The position numbers and the translations under genes were made by a program. A stretch of 64,000 nt of DNA from Podarcis cretensis (lineage: Eukaryota): NCBI GenBank assembly GCA_951804945.1, contig OX638158.1:20088001-20152000 (forward strand), in the 5' to 3' direction. Each line of letters opens with the position of its first letter. Position 1 is the stretch's first letter. Positions 61,505-64,000 of this stretch are shown here, piece after piece. Under the pieces are notes generated by a model. That model worked only from the letters and a program-made list of their open reading frames with translations, searched no databases and was not told the origin of the DNA.

Positions 61505-64000
61505 TTCCATAGATTGTAGTGGCTTCAAGTGCAAGATCCTAACTCTCTGTTAAGACATTCTCTGATGTACCTGAGGCAAAGAACACCATCTAGAAAAGGT
61601 CCCTGAACAAGACAGCACATGCCCCAGGCCTGTACAGAATAAAAACAAGGCATATACCCAAAGTTCCAGAATCACTGGTAATAAACATGTTTCATGGTAA
61701 TAAAGATGCTTATGGACCTCCTGGACCAACCAGCTTGTGAGAAGACACAGCATGTGAGAGTAAAGAATAACAGCCGCAAAATACATTAGAGGTAGGGTGT
61801 TGGAACTGGCCTGTAGGCCAGATCTATAATTCCCTCAATTCCCACAGGTGGGTGGGACTTCCCACCTGTCTACCCCTTGGTGTCCTAATGATACTGGGAG
61901 CATGCCCTTCAAAGGAGTTCACTGTAACTTCCAACCAGCTGACCAGCAGTTACAGGGAGCCTCTTTGAAGTCCTTTTGGAGGAAGTGGTTCTGTTTCAAA
62001 GCGCTTCCCCTCCATGAAGTGCTCCAAGTCCCAACGGCTTTGTCTGCAGAGGGGGAAATACTTCATTTGAAAACATCTGTCATGTTGGGTCATTGATCAA
62101 AAAAAGGCAAGAATGAAAGCAAATAGAACCTTCCTAAGAACTTACTTGAGGGCTGTTTTGTAGTGGTAGATTGCTTCACTGTCACGACCTTGGTCTTTCA
62201 AAAAATTGGCATAGTTGTAGTGCACCTTGGCATTATGGGGCAGAGTCTGGATGCCTGACCTATGAATGAGAAACCACATAGGAACAGTAACAAACACAGT
62301 TTTGCTTTTTATTATTGGGATTGCGCCTCTTGATAGCTTGCCGTAAAGGGTACTAAAAATGAGGCATACTGGAAACCATGTACTAGGAAGAAACATAGTG
62401 TACCTCTCAAACCAAACTGTAGTTTTGTTGAAATATATATGTAAAAAAATAATAAATATCCAGTAGCACCTTAGAGACCAACTCAGTTGGTTCTTGGTAT
62501 GAACTTCTTCAGTCTTCCCCATTCTCCTATGAATGCCTCAACTAGAAATATACCACCAAGCCATCACTGCCAAAATCACACTGTATGCACACACTTCATA
62601 GCCTGAAACCTGGTTCCTGACCCACTTTGGAAATTATTCTCTAATTAAAAGAGGAAATAATAAATATTCATACCCCCAGCCAAGTAGGAAAAGGTGGGGA
62701 ACAAATTACAAGGCAACACAAAATGTTTTTCCCATTTCTACTTCCTTCAATCTTGCGACTAATATTTTCCATGCACATTTGCCCAACATGAATTCCTAAA
62801 CTCTAATATTGTTGCTCCAGAAAATACATAGCAATTGAACTGGCTGGGGGTGAGGGAGGAAAAAACACACACCACAGATTTGAGAACAATGTCCCAGTGT
62901 GGTTTCCTTCCGCACTGATTGCTATGGAGTTTCTCACAGACCAACCTGCAATATAGTGCGTTGGCATAAACTACAATGATGTTAATAAAGCCAACACAGG
63001 TGATTTTAAAAAACATTTTAGGGCACATGTGATCATAAAAGAGGGTGCCAGACACAGAATTCTCAGAACTCTCACAAAACTACAATTCCCAGTGCTGAGA
63101 GATGTGTCATACAATTTAAACCAATTAAAACTGGGTACCATTGGAAAAATTTAAGGTGCTTCCAGCTGGGAGGCTTAATATCTCAAATGGGTTGTTGGTG
63201 ACAGGTTTTTGCATATTTTCTGCCAAAAAAAGAGGAATTAAATAGGGGGAAATATAAACTGGTATTTTGATGCTGATGATGTCATGTGCACACTATATAA
63301 AACCTTGCATACATCAACAGCACCAATCCCCCAATAAATACCCCTGTGGAAGCATCCATACTGAGCGTGACATTATCACCCCTCCGTTCTATAAATCATC
63401 ACCACCAGTAATAAAGTGTTCCACCATGATAAACCGTTTGCTGTGCAACCTCCTGTTAAATTGCTGTCCATTGATCTTTCCCAAGTGTATGTGTTTGGAA
63501 CCTATTACATAATTCTGTTTGCAAAGCACAAAAAACAAGCGGGACTACATGCATCACGCTGCTCGTTCTGCAGAGGTAACGTGCATAAATAAAAAGAAGC
63601 AAAAGTGTCTTTTCAGGGGTGCAGAAGGAAATCATTCCTAGTCAGCACATTTGGCTCATGGAGCAGATTTACTGATTAAGGATAAGCTATTTTTAGACAG
63701 GTAAAGAGCACCATTTTAAAGGTTTAATCCCCAGTGGAGGAGAGGCATTGCCTAGCAATCCATTCTCTCTCTGTCCCACACTATCACCTGCTTATAGAGT
63801 GGCTAAAATACATATTGTACTGTTCATATTCCAAGTAATATGCTTTCTTCAGGTAAGGTATGAAAAATATTACTGGTGGGCCTTGGAGAACCCCAACAAA
63901 GCCAAAGTGTTTCCCCAGCCTTGCTGCCCGCCCCTCACCTTAGATCAATCTTACCTGAAAAGGGACTCTCTTGACAGCCAGATTTCATTCTGCTTCACTG
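21104..64000 (-). CDS. TMTC1: TMTC1 (transmembrane O-mannosyltransferase targeting cadherins 1), 3' part: 11 coding exons encoding TPR repeats; 5' part lies beyond the window
   Basis: complement(join(21104..21238,22344..22421,23117..23239,24191..24328,25694..25838,26449..26584,33048..33150,38039..38147,45488..45631,62146..62259,63955..>64000)); all GT-AG with consistent phases; translation is near-identical to the TMTC1 C-terminus as recalled (VKQNEIWLSRESLFRSG.QTLPHNAKVHYNYANFLKDQGR...KLLKENLAKLDRLEKRLQEV). Confidence 0.97.
21794..22144 (+). mobile_element. Full-length Sauria SINE in the last TMTC1 intron
   Basis: ggggacgcgggt...ggttcgaatcccc head, gcaagtagataaataggtacc core, ccctttacctttt tail; 13-bp TSD ttactcaacccct (21780-21792, 22145-22157). 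Confidence 0.92.
22344..22421 (-). CDS. TMTC1: TMTC1 exon (SYKVAVDFNPEQAQAWMNMGGIEHIK)
   Basis: 78 nt, phase 0-0, aatttag/ and /gtaaga. Confidence 0.95.
23117..23239 (-). CDS. TMTC1: TMTC1 exon (ALEAIDKALQLKPKDPKVISELFFTKGNQLREQNHLDKAFE)
   Basis: 123 nt, phase 0-0, tgttcag/ and /gtaaat. Confidence 0.96.
24191..24328 (-). CDS. TMTC1: TMTC1 exon (AQVLAMMGQTKEAEQMTNHIVTEEAECLECYRLLSAIYSKQENYNK)
   Basis: 138 nt, phase 0-0, tttgtag/ and /gtagga. Confidence 0.96.
24880..25050 (-). mobile_element. Degraded L2-type LINE fragment
   Basis: Inverted resemblance to the L2 fragment at ~55310-55420 (ctggcagcca...gcccaa.att...tataaagccttaaatggct). Confidence 0.5.
25694..25838 (-). CDS. TMTC1: TMTC1 exon (ALKVARKAEILSPLGALYYNTGRYEDALKVYREAAALQPSNKETRLAL)
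   Basis: 145 nt, phase 2-0, catttag/ and /gtgagt. Confidence 0.96.
26449..26584 (-). CDS. TMTC1: TMTC1 exon (GSPETAVSHYQKAIQLSPSHHVAMVNLGRLYRSLGQNKDAETWYKR)
   Basis: 136 nt, phase 1-2, ttcctag/ and /gtaagg. Confidence 0.96.
26836..27576 (+). mobile_element. CR1 LINE ORF2 internal fragment (tether and N-terminal RT), frameshifted after VPHD
   Basis: ORF 26887..27534 has CR1 motifs KSPGPDELHPR, WRTGEVPTDWR.ANVVPIFKK, RPVNLTSI.GKVLEQII, QHGF, DFSKAFDKVPH. Confidence 0.93.
27677..27908 (-). mobile_element. CR1 LINE 3' end fragment
   Basis: - strand ttcatggaggagagggctatc..tggctactagccatga...ggcatctggttggccac...ccagcaggct...gttcttaag, typical of a squamate CR1 3' end; similar pieces at ~8780-8870 and ~45900-46040. 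Confidence 0.7.
28865..29157 (-). mobile_element. tRNA-Ile-like SINE with CR1-type tail, interrupted by a MITE
   Basis: Same family as the + strand copy at 35403-35538; split at 28916-29051. Confidence 0.7.
28916..29051. mobile_element. Palindromic hAT-type MITE
   Basis: TIR agtgtttcccaaact / agtttgggaaacact; 8-bp TSD atctaatc / atctagtc; internal arms acaactcccatca / tgatgggagttgt. Confidence 0.85.
33048..33150 (-). CDS. TMTC1: TMTC1 exon (DQLKEAEEVYRAGIENCPESSDLHNNYGVFLVDT)
   Basis: 103 nt, phase 0-1, tgttaag/ and /gtaagt. Confidence 0.96.
34905..35155. mobile_element. hAT-like MITE with duplicated left end
   Basis: TIR caggggtcagcaacct / aggttgcctacccctg, flanked by ttctagat. Confidence 0.8.
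35296..35559 (-). mobile_element. tRNA-Lys-like SINE with CR1-type tail, interrupted by a tRNA-Ile-like SINE (35403-35538, + strand)
   Basis: - strand agcatgagtcttttaatctcagggttgtgggttcaag...cgttgggc resembles tRNA-Lys; the insert tagctcagttgg...tggtgctgataatgccaaggttgcaggttcgatccccgta resembles tRNA-Ile; both end in ttccaactcta.(g/a)att. Confidence 0.75.
38039..38147 (-). CDS. TMTC1: TMTC1 exon (SRGKKEEAVLLLRDSIQYGPDFADAYSSLASLLAEQ)
   Basis: 109 nt, phase 2-0, cttacag/ and /gtaacc. Confidence 0.96.
41645..41980 (+). mobile_element. L2-type LINE 3' end
   Basis: Peptide GERAFSVVAPRLWNAL...FRRQAKISLFSQ, then a 3' UTR ending in aataaa repeats. Confidence 0.8.
44289..44424. mobile_element. Palindromic hAT-type MITE (related copies near 2555, 13700, 19365, 36215, 41375, 45190, 46265, 56325)
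   Basis: TIR aggcatccccaacct / aggttggggatgcct; 8-bp flanks atctacaa / gtctacaa. Confidence 0.85.
45488..45631 (-). CDS. TMTC1: TMTC1 exon (LYPRHASALNNLGTLTKDLAEAKEYYSRALQLNPQHNRALFNLGNLLK)
   Basis: 144 nt, phase 2-2, ccctcag/ and /gtaggt; not in the ORF track in this frame. Confidence 0.96.
47930..48350 (+). mobile_element. L2-type LINE ORF2 fragment (degraded RT C-terminal region)
   Basis: WMRANKLKLNPDK at ~47963 and ALVTSRLDYCN...LQLVQ in ORF 48182..48370. Confidence 0.85.
49387..49728 (-). mobile_element. Full-length Sauria SINE
   Basis: Reverse complement of the 21794 element; 14-bp TSD ttggggttctctta (49373-49386, 49729-49742). Confidence 0.92.
54885..55030 (+). mobile_element. Degraded CR1 ORF2 C-terminal fragment
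   Basis: ataaaattgtgcatgg...tttaggacagccaaag...tacttcttcacacaacacat pattern. Confidence 0.5.
55060..55780 (+). mobile_element. L2-type LINE 3' fragment interrupted by a truncated Sauria-like SINE (55166-55300, - strand)
   Basis: Homologous to 41645-41980 and to the end of 47930-48350; the insert is flanked by a 9-bp TSD atagcacca (55157-55165, 55301-55309); (aataa)n tail. Confidence 0.75.
57376..58021. mobile_element. Foldback/MITE element with ~95-bp inverted arms (partial relatives near 5270-5390, 10160-10310, 38860-38985)
   Basis: Left arm accactttagactgtcatggct...gttgttagaagatccctattcc is the imperfect reverse complement of right arm ggaataggggtctcctaacaac...gccatggctgtttgaagtggt. Confidence 0.7.
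57475..57842 (+). mobile_element. Full-length Sauria SINE of a divergent subfamily, inserted in a foldback element
   Basis: gggacgcgggtggcgctgtggg head, (accttt)n tail; 13-bp TSD tattcccctcaaa (57461-57473, 57843-57855). Confidence 0.92.
58481..58544 (+). repeat. Compound (CT)n(CA)n microsatellite
   Basis: Read directly. Confidence 0.95.
59961..60311 (-). mobile_element. Full-length Sauria SINE
   Basis: 10-bp TSD aatagctcta (59951-59960, 60312-60321); same subfamily as the 21794 and 49387 copies. Confidence 0.92.
60567..60717 (-). mobile_element. 5'-truncated Sauria SINE
   Basis: Only the 3' ~150 nt, aaaggtaaagggacccctgaccattagg...gaaccagagcagc. Confidence 0.85.
61459..61501 (+). repeat. 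(CA)n microsatellite
   Basis: Read directly. Confidence 0.95.
62146..62259 (-). CDS. TMTC1: TMTC1 exon (SGIQTLPHNAKVHYNYANFLKDQGRDSEAIYHYKTALK)
   Basis: 114 nt, phase 2-2, ttcatag/ and /gtaag. Confidence 0.96.
63955..64000 (-). CDS. TMTC1: TMTC1 exon (partial, VKQNEIWLSRESLFR)
   Basis: Donor AG|GTAAGA at 63954; cut by the window edge. Confidence 0.92.

Noticed and set aside
2488-64000. Functional link between the O-mannosyltransferase TMTC1 and the neighbouring Ser/Thr-rich protein
   Set aside because: TMTC enzymes modify cadherin-type domains, not mucin stalks, and adjacency in vertebrate genomes does not imply a shared pathway.

Overview
Vertebrate genomic DNA, most likely from a lacertid lizard; this is inferred from the Sauria-type SINEs, Squam-type tRNA SINEs, CR1/L2 LINE fragments and hAT/Tc1-mariner MITEs. 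Two convergent protein-coding genes can be rebuilt exon by exon. (1) On the - strand are the last 11 coding exons of TMTC1 (TPR region), 64000 down to 21104, all with GT-AG junctions and consistent phases; the gene continues past the right edge. (2) On the + strand is a complete 4-exon gene, join(2488..2530,2889..3107,4175..4269,5509..7533), 793 aa, which the ORF track shows only in pieces. It encodes a signal peptide and the cysteine-containing N-terminal domain of acrosin-binding protein (ACRBP/sp32 precursor), fused to a ~600-aa Ser/Thr/Pro mucin-like stalk and a basic tail. It ends at a stop codon and AATAAA without the C-terminal Cys-rich sp32 half. An RFX X-box-like motif and a CRE-like motif lie upstream. 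This 'ACRBP-mucin' paralog beside TMTC1 is the most interesting candidate novel system. The rest is intronic or intergenic, with nested TEs, a perfect 29-bp-arm palindrome and a candidate exon of a third gene at the left edge. Comparisons with human or mouse proteins and TE consensus sequences are from memory, not from searches.
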